From Octopus sinensis (taxonomy: Eukaryota), in contig NC_043016.1 of the NCBI RefSeq assembly GCF_006345805.1, positions 7,936,001 to 8,000,000 on the forward strand: a stretch of 64,000 nucleotides of DNA. Reading direction: 5' to 3'. Shown in pieces: positions 48,797 through 61,232 of this stretch (positions are counted from its first letter, which is position 1; the number at the start of each line of letters is the position of its first letter). The position numbers were made by a program, and so were the translations under genes. The notes beneath the pieces were generated by a model that was not told the origin of the DNA, ran no database searches, and worked only from the letters and a program-made list of their open reading frames with translations.

Positions 48797-49210
48797 GGCG
48801 CAGGAGTGGCTGTGTGGTAAGTAGCTTGCTAACCAACCACATGGTTCCGGGTTCAGTCCCACTGCGTGGCATCTTGGGCAAGTGTCTTCTGCTATAGCCC
48901 CGGGCCGACCAATGCCTTGTGAGTGGATTTGGTAGACGGAAACTGAAAGAAGCCTGTCGTATATATGTATATGTATATATATGTGTGTGTATGTGTTTGT
49001 GTGTCTGTGTTTGTCCCCCTAGCATTGCTTGACAACCGATGCTGGTGTGTTTAGGTCCCCGTCACTTAGCGGTTCGGCAAAAGAGACCGATAGAATAAGT
49101 ACTGGGCTTACAAAGAATAAGTCCCGGGGTCGATTTGCTCGACTAAAGGCGGTGCTCCAGCATGGCCGCAGTCAAATGACTGAAACAAGTAAAAGAGTAA
49201 AAGAGTAAAA
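48797..49210 (+). mobile_element. SINE family A, full length
   Basis: Complete with (GTAAAAGA)n tail. Confidence 0.92.
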
Positions 49211-49499
49211 ATGTAACTACGAAAGGCAAACACGAATATTTTGTAAGAATTCTACATCCGAAACTAAACCGTGATTGGTCAACACTGGAACTAAAACTAT
49301 TGCCTATATACGGTTTATCTTATAACATGTGTATCTGAAAAGTAAAAACTCATCTACCAAAGACTTCTTTCCTTAAGATCTGCGGTTACGTGTTTTTTCC
49401 AAAGATTTTTTTGTATAAGCAGTAATTTCAATGAAAGATCTTCTTCACCTCATCCTATTTTTTTCTATTCCAAAGAAAAACGATTTTATTCACTTTATC

Positions 49500-49665
49500 G
49501 ATCGTATTCTCACCTGGAATCGATTTTTGTAATTTTTTCAAGACTTATACACGCCCTGATACCGTCGGTATCTACATATCAAATTTGAGCGCAATCGGAT
49601 GGAGGATGCCCGAGATCCTAGAAGACACAAACACACAGAGACAGACAGAACGGATTTTATATATG
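49500..49665 (-). mobile_element. Helitron-like 5' fragment
   Basis: Minus strand TATATAAAATCCGTTCTGTCTGTCTC...CCGATTGCGCTCAAATTTG resembles the other Helitron heads. Confidence 0.45.
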
Positions 49666-49687
49666 TATATAATATATATAATATATA

Positions 49688-49797
<110 letters not shown>

Positions 49798-49993
49798 GTA
49801 TGTATAGGGAGAGTTTACGAAAAAAACAAAAGACGAAGACAGGTGGTGTAGAAAACAAACAGATGTATTAGTATAACGCTCAGGAATAGAAAAAGTCTTT
49901 TACGTTTCGAGCCTCCGCTCTTCCACAGAAAGATACACAGAAAAAACAAGGAGAGAAAAAAATGTGTGTAGTGGCTAACGATCTATCATGATG

Positions 49994-50027
<34 letters not shown>

Positions 50028-50118
50028 CATATTTGTATTAGAAAAAGAGAGAAAGAGAGAGAGAGAGAGAGAGTGTGTGTGTGTTAGAAGTGGTGAACAG
50101 ATATTGCATATTGAGGAG

Positions 50119-50808
50119 AAAGGAGGTCGCCAGAATTTTGGAAGCAAAAATTTTTATATATTCATTATTCATTATTCTTAACACCTTCGTTCGTTTTCGA
50201 ACTTGTAAAATAAAATTGTGAATGTGCAAACAGGTTGTTCATTTATGTAAATCAGATGTTTTTTTGGTTTGCTTAGAAAAGGTGAACATTGTTTTTGTTT
50301 TGTTTTTTGGGGGTGAGGTTCCGGGACAATGGAGATAGATCGATAAACAGATAGGTAGATAGATAGGTAGATAGATTAAAAAGATAGGTAGAGAGAGGGA
50401 GGAGTGAGGGTTTCTTTTCAATTTGGCATGTATTTACCATTTATTCATTTAGTTAGTTATTTACCATTGTATAGCTATTGACATTAATTCGAGGATGGTG
50501 ACTTCGCCAAGATGTCAGTTTTAGGATGGGGAAAATAATGAAAAAATGGTGGGGTGTGGTCATCAGTGAAAGCATTGTTTTTTTCTTAAGGTGTCAGAAG
50601 GAAGATAAAAGGTTCTATGAACCTCATATCTTCCTTCTGATGACCACACCCCATCCTTTTTTCATTATTTCTCCCATTCTAAAACTGACATCTTGGAGAA
50701 GTCACCGTCCTTGAACTTATGTCAATAGCTATACAATAGTATATAAATAAATGAATGGCAAATACATGCAAAATTGAAAAATCCCTCCCTCCTCCCTCTC
50801 TCTACCGC

Positions 50809-50869
<61 letters not shown>

Positions 50870-51113
50870 TTATCTATCTGTCTGTCTGTCTGTCTGTCTA
50901 TCTGTCTATCTTCATTGCCCTGGAGCTTCACCCAAAATAACAAAAATAATGTCCTCCTCCTCTTCTAAACAAAACAAAAAGACATCTGATTTATATAAAT
51001 GAACAACCTGTTTGTACATTCACAATTTTATTTGACAAGTTCGAAAACGGACGAAAGCGCTAATAATAATGAATAAATAAAAAATTATTTTCCAAAATTC
51101 TGGCGACCTCCTT
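50119..51113. repeat. ~1-kb foldback palindrome
   Basis: Inverted arms around the central GGTTC-TAT-GAACC at 50611-50623. Confidence 0.9.
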
Positions 51114-51169
51114 TTCTTTCTCTCTTCCTCTCTCTCTCCCTCCCTCTCTCTCTCTCTCTCGCTATATAT

Positions 51170-51205
<36 letters not shown>

Positions 51206-51260
51206 ATGGAAAATGGAGAGACGCCCAAGATGTTATTTAAATCATTTACATCACCACATT

Positions 51261-51345
51261 ACCGACATATGTTTCGATAGATGCATTAAAATAAATCCGA
51301 GAGGATGAATAATGTGGAGCAATGCATCAATCTTATCAGGAAGGT
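51261..51345 (-). ncRNA. Hammerhead-like motif (core CUGAUAA variant)
   Basis: CTGATAA-GATTGATGCATT...AATGCATCTATC-GAAAC-ATAT-GTC-GGT. Confidence 0.5.
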
Positions 51346-51458
51346 TATAAACAACAGTGATGTAAGAAATTTCAATATGTGACATACGTATTCATACATA
51401 CATACATACACACACACATATATATATATATACATATATATATATGTATATATATATA

Positions 51459-53677
51459 TCTTCTTATGATAAAAGGCAGATTTTCTCTTTTCCGTTCGTT
51501 TTTTATACAATTCTACAATATAGAATTTCTTCAATTGGAATTTACCTATCATTTTTACAAGTAGATTCCATCGGGTCGTGGCATGTAAAGTTTTTTTCAA
51601 TTTCACCCCCAATTAAGCAAAAATTCGATAAAAGTAAATATTTTACGATTTCCCTCTTTCATTTCAAGTGCTTCACTCCTACTATTACCACTACATTTTC
51701 TCCTCCATTCTCTTTGCAAGTGTGCAACAATTAAAGTGGAAGTATTTATATAAAAGGAATGAGCAATTAATACTGGTCATCCTTTTTGCTAGAAGAAGAT
51801 CCGCTGTGGTCTTATATGCTACACCACTGGTTTTCAATTCATATTAATCAAATTAATATTCAATTTTTCACCCTTATTATGTGTGTGTGTATTAGCAATT
51901 CGTATAAAATTGCATCAATGACTTGAAATTGAATAAGTGGTTTCACATAAATGGGGATACATTAAAAAGGTTTGTTGTTATTATTATTACTGTTTGACTA
52001 TTGTAATCACGTTTGTTGGTTCCTCGTCAGGGAAACGTTGTTGTGTTGCATTTGTTAAATAATTGTAAATCGGAGAAGGGGCTTTGGTTATTGTTTTAAA
52101 ATTGAATTGTGTCCCTGTTTGGGGAAATTGACAATATTTTCACCGTCTTTACGGAAGCATTTTTGTTAAAATGCCTTCGATAGAAGAAAGTCCAAAAGTG
52201 AATTTCGCTGCAGCCGTACACTTCTATACAAGATCCAATTGATCGAAATTGCAAGAGACGGGCCTACAATTCCAGTCTGTTATATATTTTGAGTATTGTT
52301 ATCACTAGCGATATCAAGATATAACTTTCTATTTTGTATTTTATGTGTAGATGTATATATATATATAGATGTACATGTAATATGTACACATATATATATA
52401 TACACATATATACATGCGTAATATATCTACCCATACACACACACGTACACACACACACACACATACATAGGGGCAGGTGTGGCTGTGTGGTAACAAACTA
52501 CGTTCGAAGATACTGTAGTTGATATGGGCGGTAGTGCCTTGCCGGTCTATGGCCTACCTTCAACAAACCGGGAAGGTACAAACACTCTGTCTTCACATTT
52601 GCTGCGTGAGACATGTTTTAATGTTGACGAGCTTGCCGAGTACATAGCCGACAATGAGCCAAAGCTCCTTCCGGAACAGAAGTTCGCTTACAACTCTGTT
52701 GTTAATTCAGTCCGGGCCAAAGCTGTGGGGATATTTTTCCTGGGCGCTCCTGGGGGCACTGGGAAAACTTTTCTCAACAAATTAATATTGGCTGAGATTA
52801 GGCGAACACAAGGCATTGCCCTAGCTGTGGCATCACCTGGAATTGCGACTACTTTGTTGCCAGGCGGCAGGACAGCTCACTCCACTTTCAAGCTTCCGCT
52901 TGACTTAGCGAAGACTGAGACACCAACTTGCAACATCAGTAACAGCTCCGATCAGGCAGAAGTCTTCAGACGATGCAAGCTTATCGTTTGGGATGAATGC
53001 ACGATGGCCCACAGAGGTGCTCTTGAGGCACTAGATAGATCTTTCAGAGACATCAAACAATATTCAGCTCCCATGGGAGGCATAACACTTCTTCTTTCAG
53101 GGGACTTCCGACAAACACTTCCCGTTATTCCCCTTGCACTTGGCGAAGGCAAAATACCAGGGGATGAAAATGGTAATATTGCCATCGATTTCATTTGTAC
53201 CATTGTTAAAACGCCTTCTGATCTCAGAGATGCAGTGTTCCCAGATCTACAAGCTAATTATCAGAATATGGATTGGATTGGCCAAAGGGCTATTCTGGCC
53301 CCGAGGAATAAAACTGTTCACCATATTAATGAAGGAATACTAAAACTCATTCCTGGGGATGTCTATGTATATAAGTCTATCGATACAACTCCTGACCCAG
53401 AGGACGTCATCAACTATCCAATAGAGGTAATCAATTCCTTTGAGCCCCCCGGACTACCACCACACATTCTCAAACTTAAAGTTGGTGCCCCTACAATGCT
53501 CATTAGAAATTTGGTTCCCCTAAAACAATGCAATGGCACACGTTTGATCGTTAAGTCCTTATTTCCCACCGTAAACTTATATCAATATTTGCCTGAATAA
53601 TCATCATAATTCAGTGCAATCATTAACAGTACTTTCAAGCAATTCAGCCCCGAGCATCGCCGGGCAATTCTGCTGTC
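51459..53677 (+). mobile_element. Internally deleted Helitron carrying a helicase fragment
   Basis: TC head shared with 42764; 3' hairpin CCCGAGCATCGCCGGG at 53649-53664 with a degenerate CTAG. Confidence 0.6.
52524..53600 (+). CDS. PIF1-family helicase of Helitron RepHel (partial, internally deleted)
   Basis: APGGTGKT, ALAVASPGIATTLLPGGRTAHSTFKLP, IVWDEC, SGDFRQTLPV, RAILAPRN, PPHILKLKVGAP, CNGTRL. Confidence 0.9.
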   Translation: MGGSALPVYGLPSTNREGTNTLSSHLLRETCFNVDELAEYIADNEPKLLPEQKFAYNSVVNSVRAKAVGIFFLGAPGGTGKTFLNKLILAEIRRTQGIALAVASPGIATTLLPGGRTAHSTFKLPLDLAKTETPTCNISNSSDQAEVFRRCKLIVWDECTMAHRGALEALDRSFRDIKQYSAPMGGITLLLSGDFRQTLPVIPLALGEGKIPGDENGNIAIDFICTIVKTPSDLRDAVFPDLQANYQNMDWIGQRAILAPRNKTVHHINEGILKLIPGDVYVYKSIDTTPDPEDVINYPIEVINSFEPPGLPPHILKLKVGAPTMLIRNLVPLKQCNGTRLIVKSLFPTVNLYQYLPE

Positions 53678-54049
53678 GTTATTTGATTAGTGTGCGTATG
53701 TGTGTAAAGATCAGTTGTGTTTTGCAGGGTTGCTTTATTTTTACCCTTAACTTAGAAATGGAGAAAGACATAGTGCAAGATGTAAATATAATAAGCCAAA
53801 TAGGGCTACAAATATTACGAAAAAGCGTAAAATTCTTCGAGCAGGCATGTGTCTTATGTGAAATCTGTGAAAAGCCCGAGTGACGATATCTATGACGGGT
53901 CTGAATGACACTGATAACCTGGAGTCGCCTCTGATCCAGTCCATCACTGGAAATGCAAAAAAAATCTGTAAAACTTTCCAGAATGTTATTTAAATATATA
54001 TGAGCATGTCTAGATGTGCAACTACATGCATGAGAAGACATATATAAGC

Positions 54050-54169
54050 AAAACATACAAATCTGCACATATACATACGTATGTACATACATATATACAT
54101 ATATACTACATATATACACACTGCATACATACATACATACACACTTTACATACATACATACATACACAC

Positions 54170-54201
<32 letters not shown>

Positions 54202-54510
54202 CATACATACATACATACGTACGTACGTACATGCATACATATATACATACATACGTACATACATACACACATACATACATACAGACAGACAGACAGACAT
54301 ACGTACGTACGTACATACGTGCATACATACATACATATATACATACATACATATATACATGCATACATACATACATACATACATAAATACATACATAATA
54401 CATACATACATTCATACATAAATACATACATACATACAAACATACATACATACATACATACATACATACATACACACATACATACGTAAAACTGAATGAC
54501 ATACATACAC

Positions 54511-54543
<33 letters not shown>

Positions 54544-54778
54544 CATACATACGTACATACATACATACATACATACCAACATACATACAAACATACATAC
54601 ATACGTGCATACATACATACATACACACATACATACGTAAAACTGAGTGACATACATACACACATACATACATACATACATACATACATACATACATACA
54701 TACATACATACATACATACATACAAACATACATACATACATAAAACTGAATGACATATATGCATACATACATACTTAG
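54050..54778. repeat. (CATA)n array with recurring CGTAAAACTGA(A/G)TGACA spacers
   Basis: Directly visible; spacers near 54485, 54636 and 54741. Confidence 0.9.
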
Positions 54779-55199
54779 ATAGATATGTAAAACTCTTCTC
54801 AAGTTCCAAATGTGAATTTATCTTTGTTAACTACATCCCAAATATGGAGCCTTGTATCTTTGTTAGAAACCGGCACCCTCCTCAGTGGAAGACTTCTAAT
54901 AATTAAAAATAGAACTGACATACATACATGCATACATACACACACGCGCGCACGCACACACACATACATACATACATACATACATGCATACATACATACA
55001 TACATTCATACATACATACACAGACACACACACATATATGCCTACATACATAAATGCATGCATACATACTTACATACATACACACTCGCGCGCGCGTACA
55101 AATACTGATTATATACATTTACTGTACGAAAAGGAGTTTTCCAAGATCTCCAAATCGCCAGGCATGTCTTATGATCATTCTTCTGATCTAACTGGAAAA

Positions 55200-55535
55200 G
55201 GTATTTCGTCTGCCGCTACGTTCTGAGTTCAAATTCCGCTGAGGTCGACTTTGCCTTTCATCCTTTCGGGGTCGATATAATTGGCTTAATCCGTTTGTCT
55301 GTCCTTGTTTGTCCTCTCTGTGTTTAGCCCCTTGTGGGTAGTAAAGAAATAGGTATTTCGTCTGCCGCTACGTTCTGAGTTCAAGTTCCGCCAGGTCAAC
55401 TTTGCCTTTCATCCTTTCGAGGTCGATAAATTAAGTAGCAGTTATGCACTGGAGTCAATATAATCGACTTAATCCGTTTGTCTGTCCTTGTTCGTCCCCT
55501 CTATGTTTAGCCCCTTGTGGACAATAAAGAAATAA
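55200..55535 (+). mobile_element. Head-to-tail dimer of 5'-truncated SINE B
   Basis: Both units start GGTATTTCGTCTGCCGCTACG. Confidence 0.85.
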
Positions 55536-56153
55536 GATCGACCATTTCGAGGACACGATGAAACAAACGAATCAAATAATACAGGAAATTTTCTTCCTCT
55601 CTGTGAAGCAGTAGCGGAATATGATGATTGCTTAAGATCGCATTTAGATTTCGTGAAGAAAAGTTCCAACTGCACGTTTTCTGGACTTTCAAGTGGTATT
55701 TAAAATGCGATTATAAATTATATAACTGCAACAATTGAAGGTGATATTAGTACAATGATCGCAAAAACATGATTTGTTACAGTTATGTTTGATGAGATTG
55801 CGGATCTGCGAATGAAATCTCAATTGTCGTGTGTTTTAGGATTTGTTGGTGAGAAGGCAAAAATCTCAATGAAGTTTTTCGGGTTATGTCGATGTTCGTA
55901 AAGATAGACGGGCTGCATCACTGACTGAAGAAGTTCGAAAATTTGTTAATGAATTCAAATGTGGTCAAAAATTCATCGCAGAAAGTTATGATGGAGCGAG
56001 CGTGATGACTGAGCGCTTGAGCGGAGTGCAGGCAAGAATAAAGGAGATTTTTGGCGCCAGAGTCATATCTGTACATTGTTATGCATATTCACTTAATTTG
56101 GTACTCTTCCAATCAGCTTCAAGTATTCGTGAATGTCGAATTTATTTTCAAAC

Positions 56154-56527
56154 TTTACTCTTACTCTTTACTCTTTTACTTGTTTCAGTCATTTGACTGC
56201 GGCCATGCTAGAGCACCACCTTTTAGTACTTATTCTATCGGTCTCTTTTTGCCGAACCGCTAAGTGACGGGGACCTAAACACACCAGCATCGGTTGTCAA
56301 GCAATGCTAGGGGGACAAACACAGACACACAAACACACACACATATACATATATATACATATATACGACAGGCTTCTTTCAGTTTCCGTCTACCAAATCC
56401 ACTCACAAGGCATTGGTCGGCCCGGGGCTATAGCAGAAGACACTTGCCCAAGATGCCACGCAGTGGGACTGAACCCGCAACCGTGTGGTTGGTTAGCAAG
56501 CTACTTACCACACAGCCACTCCTGCGC
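56154..56527 (-). mobile_element. SINE family A
   Basis: Reverse complement with a small internal deletion. Confidence 0.9.
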
Positions 56528-56794
56528 TTTAAAAGGAATTTCAAACTTTTTTCTCAAAGTCGACGGTTCGGATAGCACTAATGGGTGAAATCGTTGGAAG
56601 GCGATTTCCAAGGCTGCCTGACATACGATAGAATTATCTCGGCAAGTATCCATTTTGTCCGATAAAAATATTTCGTTTCCTGAGTTATTTTCAAGCATCA
56701 TAGAAAATCCAGAGAATTCGAATGCTTCGGAATTAACACAATCAAAGGGATTCGTTGCAATTCTAGAAGATTTTCGTTTTAATTTTTTATTAGT

Positions 56795-57530
56795 AAAACA
56801 ATTGCAGCGTGGAAAGTGTTTATAAGCCATTTAAGAAACCCACAAAACCTGACAAAAAGAGATGCAGCACGAAGTTTTGTCAGTGAACAGGTCACGGTCT
56901 CAAAGCGACGAAAATATTTTGACAAATCTGTATATATAAAACTGTAGTTGTGTGAGTGTCTGTCTCCTACGATTTAGATTCCTAACTCCTCCCACATTTT
57001 GCGGTGCAGTTTAACCAAATTCAGGTATCTTATAGTCGTGATTAATATCGAGCCCGTCTGGCTATTAGCGCGCGTCTACGATGAGTCTACGATTTTAAAA
57101 ATAATTTAACATCATTTTTTATTCCATTTTAATGCATAATTTTTCGTGTGTCGATGGCGGCGGAGTTGGCGTCCATGGTCATACCTGCACCTGTTTGCTT
57201 CTCCCCCTTCTTCCCTCCCTCGTGAAGCTGTGGGGAAGGGAGTGTAAGGAAATCAACGTCGTAAAGCGTTGTCAAGGAGACCAGCGTTCTTTTAGAACAA
57301 CGACTTCATGGCTTGAAGACACCAAAACAGAAATGGCTAAGAAAGCCCGAATTGGCATCTATAAAGGAAGTAACTCTCTAAAAATGCTTATATAGTTATT
57401 TCCCTTACAAACCCGAGCAACGCCGGGCGATACTGCTAATGGCTTATAAACACCTTCCATGCTGCAATTGTTTTCGTTCCAGCACACGATCTCAGATCAA
57501 GTCACTCGCTATGCAAGTACTTCTCCGTAA
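56795..57530. mobile_element. Second copy of the unclassified ~11-bp TSD element, interrupted by a Helitron
   Basis: Same ...GCAAGTAC.TCTCCGTAA right end as 41302; TTTTTATTAGT on both flanks. Confidence 0.7.
56927..57439 (+). mobile_element. Non-autonomous Helitron
   Basis: Homologous to 43935-44568; ends GATACTGCTAA. Confidence 0.85.
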
Positions 57531-57827
57531 TTTTTATTAGTAGTTCTCCTGATATTTCAAGATGTATTTGTGAAGTTGATAACTACAAAAAAAAAAAAAA
57601 AAAAATTGATTCATATCAAGGACAACAAGTTTGAGGAATTTTACTCCCGTGTTTTGGATGGTGTCACTGAACCACCAGAGAAGCGAAGTCGTCATGAAGA
57701 ACCAGAACTTTTAAGAACTTTGTTTCACAACATTTTAGATGACATTTTTGTTGACGTTGAGCAAAGATTTAAAACGATGGAAGAGTTCAAATTTGCTGAA
57801 TTGTTGAATCCGAAGCTTTTTCACACT

Positions 57828-58267
57828 GGATCTTTTCGGTTTGAACGGCAGTTTTTCTAGCGGTGTCATATGAAATTGTCACCCATAATTATGACCCTAG
57901 TATCGATCTATTGCATTTCAATCTGTTTTAGGGTTAGGGTTAGTTAGGGTTAGGGTTAGGGTTAGGGGTGGAGGGAAGGGTATCTTTTTTTCTTCAGAAA
58001 TGTAAATAAACCCAATTTGTTTTTTAAACTAGGGACATTTTCATACGGCACAGAATGTTTTCACCTCAATAGACGTCATTGATAGGTTGAAATTGCAGAA
58101 ATTGAAGAAAAAACAACAACAAATATCTTACAAACCATAAAATTTTCTCAATAAAGCCAAGAGAAAAAGATGTTTTATAAACACATTCTACCAGTATACG
58201 AAGTTTAAAAGTGTTTAGTTACGTGGAAATTATTAAAAAAAAACTGTCGTTCAAACCGAAAAGATCC
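57828..58267. mobile_element. MITE M1 with (TTAGGG)n
   Basis: TIRs and exact TSD TTCACACT. Confidence 0.92.
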
Positions 58268-58819
58268 TTCACACTTATGAAACAAACGATTTCCGATGGA
58301 AACCTTTTCCTCTCTCAATGTCTACAAAAATATACTGGAACTGGATGGACTGAAATGCGTGCTCAAGTCAGTTTATGCTGCAGATTTTACAAAACAAGCA
58401 TCAAGTATCCAAGAAGTAGCAGATATAATATGGGAACCTGAAATAAACCAAATTCTGGCAGAAGTAACAAAATTACTACGTCTGATTCTGACCATACCTG
58501 CCACATCTGCATCCTGTGAGAGATTGTCTTCTTCAAAGCGAATAAGAAATTACATGAAAGGTTCTCAAAACCAAGAGAGAATTTGTAATTTGGTCTTCAT
58601 TTCCACGAATAAGGACATTTTGAAGAAGATGAAGACAGAGCGTGGTGCTAATTATTTCGTAGCCAAGTGACTGATGAATTTGCCGAAAAGCAAAGAAGAA
58701 TTTAACTGTTTTACAGATAACAGTGTAGTAAGTCCCAGAAATGTCTTTCTGCTTTGCTGGTGGCATAGAAAAATGTACTTCTTCGTCTCCTTTTGTAAGG
58801 AAAACTATATGGTAGTATT

Positions 58820-59180
58820 TGTGGAGGCGCAATGGCCCAGTGGTTAGGGCAGCGGACTCGCGGTCATAGGAACGCGGTTTCGATTCCCAGACCGGGCGTT
58901 GTGAGTGTTTATTGAGCGAAAACACCTAAAGCTCCTCGAGGCTCCGGCAGGGATGGTGGTGATCCCTGCTGTACTCTTTCACCACAACTTTCTCTCACTC
59001 TTACTTCCTGTTTCTGTTGTACCTGTATTTCAAGGGGCCGGCCTTGTCACTCTGTGTCACGCTGAATATCCCCGAGAATTACGTTAAGGGTACACGTGTC
59101 TGTGGAGTGCTCAGCCACTTACACGTTAATTTCACGAGCAGGCTGTTCCGTTGATTCGGATCAACCGACGGAGTGCTTCC
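58820..59180 (+). mobile_element. SINE family C with ~14-bp TSD
   Basis: ATATGGTAGTATTT on both flanks. Confidence 0.9.
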
Positions 59181-59424
59181 CATATGGTAGTATTTATAAA
59201 CATAATCGACGTGTCAATTGTAATCACGTGCAAATTACTTAGGACGTTGTAGAAAAAAAGACACAAGAATAAATTATGTGAAGCCAAAGATAAATCCACA
59301 GTAACTGAGTTCATATCTAACTGTGGCAACAACACAACAGAAACTGAAAAGAAGCTCGTCGTATATCTATTACAGGAACTCCCTGATTAGTGCGGTTAAT
59401 TAATTCTCGCGAAACACCACATGT

Positions 59425-59658
59425 ACCTATTTCTTTACTACCCACAAGGGGCTAAACACAGAGAGGACAAACAAGGACAGACAAACGGACTAAGTCGATT
59501 ATATTGACCCCAGTGCGTAACTGGTACTTAATTCATCGATCCCGAAAGGATGAAAGGCAAAGTCGACCTCGGCGGAATTTGAACTCAGAACGTAGCGGCA
59601 GACGACATACCGCTAAGCATTTCGCTCGGCGCGCTAACGTTTCTGCCAACTCGCCGCC
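59425..59658 (-). mobile_element. SINE family B with ~16-bp TSD
   Basis: AAACACCACAT(G/A)TACC flanks. Confidence 0.9.
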
Positions 59659-59839
59659 TCAAACACCACATATACCAAAACCATATTAATGAAGCCTAAG
59701 AACCAATGCAATAGTTATAATGAACTCCGGAAAATACCAGAATTATAAGCATTTTTTTTTTCACACAAAGTACATGTATAATGCATTGTGCTTACTTAAA
59801 ATCATTGAAGAATATATTTTTCAAAAATATAGTAACTCA

Positions 59840-60054
59840 CTTTTTACTCTTTTACTTGTTTCAGTCATTTGACTGTGGCCATGCTGCAGCACCGCCTTTA
59901 GTCGAGCAAATCGACCCCGGGACTTATCCTTTTGTAAGCCCAGTACTTATTCTATCGGTCTCTTTTGCGGAACCGCTAAGATACGGGGATGTAAACACAC
60001 CAGCATCGGTTGTTAAGCGATGTTGGGAGGACAAACACAGACACACAAACACGC

Positions 60055-60105
<51 letters not shown>

Positions 60106-60185
60106 TACGACGGGCTTCTTTCAGTTTCCGTCTACCAAATCCACTCACAAGGCTTTGGTCGGCCCGAGGCTATAGTAGAAGACTT
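59840..60185 (-). mobile_element. SINE family A, 5'-truncated
   Basis: Family match. Confidence 0.88.
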
Positions 60186-60249
60186 AAATTTTTTTTTTTT
60201 TTTTTTTTTACTAAAAAACTTTATCTAGCTTCAATTAAACAGTGGTAGC

Positions 60250-61130
60250 TTTTTACCTTACCTCCATGATTTTGCGATAACAATCAATTTGCTTATCTCG
60301 CCCTCGATGAACTTTCCTGCATCTCTTTTCATTTGAATCAATCTCTTGAACGAGTTCTTTTGCTTTTTTCAATTGTTTGTAACAAATCTTCCAAATTTTT
60401 TTTTTTTTTGACTGAAATATCTTTGGGTGTGGTTTCCATTTCTTCTGGTGTCTTTTCATCTTCTCCTTCATATGCCTTTTGATGCTCCATTCCAAGAAGA
60501 TCGCCGTAACTTAGTTTTTTTTTTTTTTTTGTTCCTGAAGCGATTCCAATGATTCTCTAACATTTTCCAAATCTAATTCCTTAATTCCTCAAAGTCTCTT
60601 CCAATTGTAGTAATTTCATCAATAACATTGTTGTTGGGATTACTGAAACCGAAAAAAAAAATCGTTAGTGCATTCAGGCAAAAGATTCTGCCAGACTGCT
60701 CTCATGCAGCTGTCTGTTACTTCTTTCAAGACTTGTGCATGTTTTCAACTGCTTGTTTAATATCAGTTTTCCCCACCAGATTCTTCAAGAATGATTGGAT
60801 TATCTCCAGTTATAACTTGAATTACCTGGGCGAAAATTCTTCACACATAATATCCTTTGAATGTAGAAATCACTCCTTGGTCCATCGGCTGTAGTAAAGA
60901 AGTCGTATTTGGTGGTGAAAATATAACCTTCACATTGTTATTTAAATCATTAAGTGAGGTGGTATGCCCAGGGGCCTTATCTAAAATTAAAAGAACTTTG
61001 AAATCTAAATTATTATTACTGTTGTTGTTGCTGTTATTATTATAATTATTATTGTTGTTGTTGTTATTATTATTATATTATTATTATTATTATTATTATT
61101 ATATTATTATTATTATATTATTATTATTAT

Positions 61131-61162
<32 letters not shown>

Positions 61163-61196
61163 TTTTTATTATTATATTATTATTATATTATTATTA

Positions 61197-61232
<36 letters not shown>

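Larger units (their letters stand above)
55536..58700 (+). pseudogene. hAT-superfamily (ZMYM1-like) transposase relic with nested insertions
   Basis: FRGHDE...NTGNF, FDEIAD...SQLS, SYDGASVM, VHCYAYSLNL, LTIPATSASCERLSS. Confidence 0.8.

Noticed and set aside
53614-53950. Possible host exon after TTAG (MEKDIVQDV...)
   Set aside because: No recognisable domain, an in-frame stop and no supporting neighbouring exons
54480-54760. Repeat-spacer pattern resembling a CRISPR array
   Set aside because: The spacers are CATA microsatellite, the context is eukaryotic and there are no cas genes
57930-57968. Telomere or chromosome fusion site
   Set aside because: Only a few units, lying inside a MITE at a position shared by other copies
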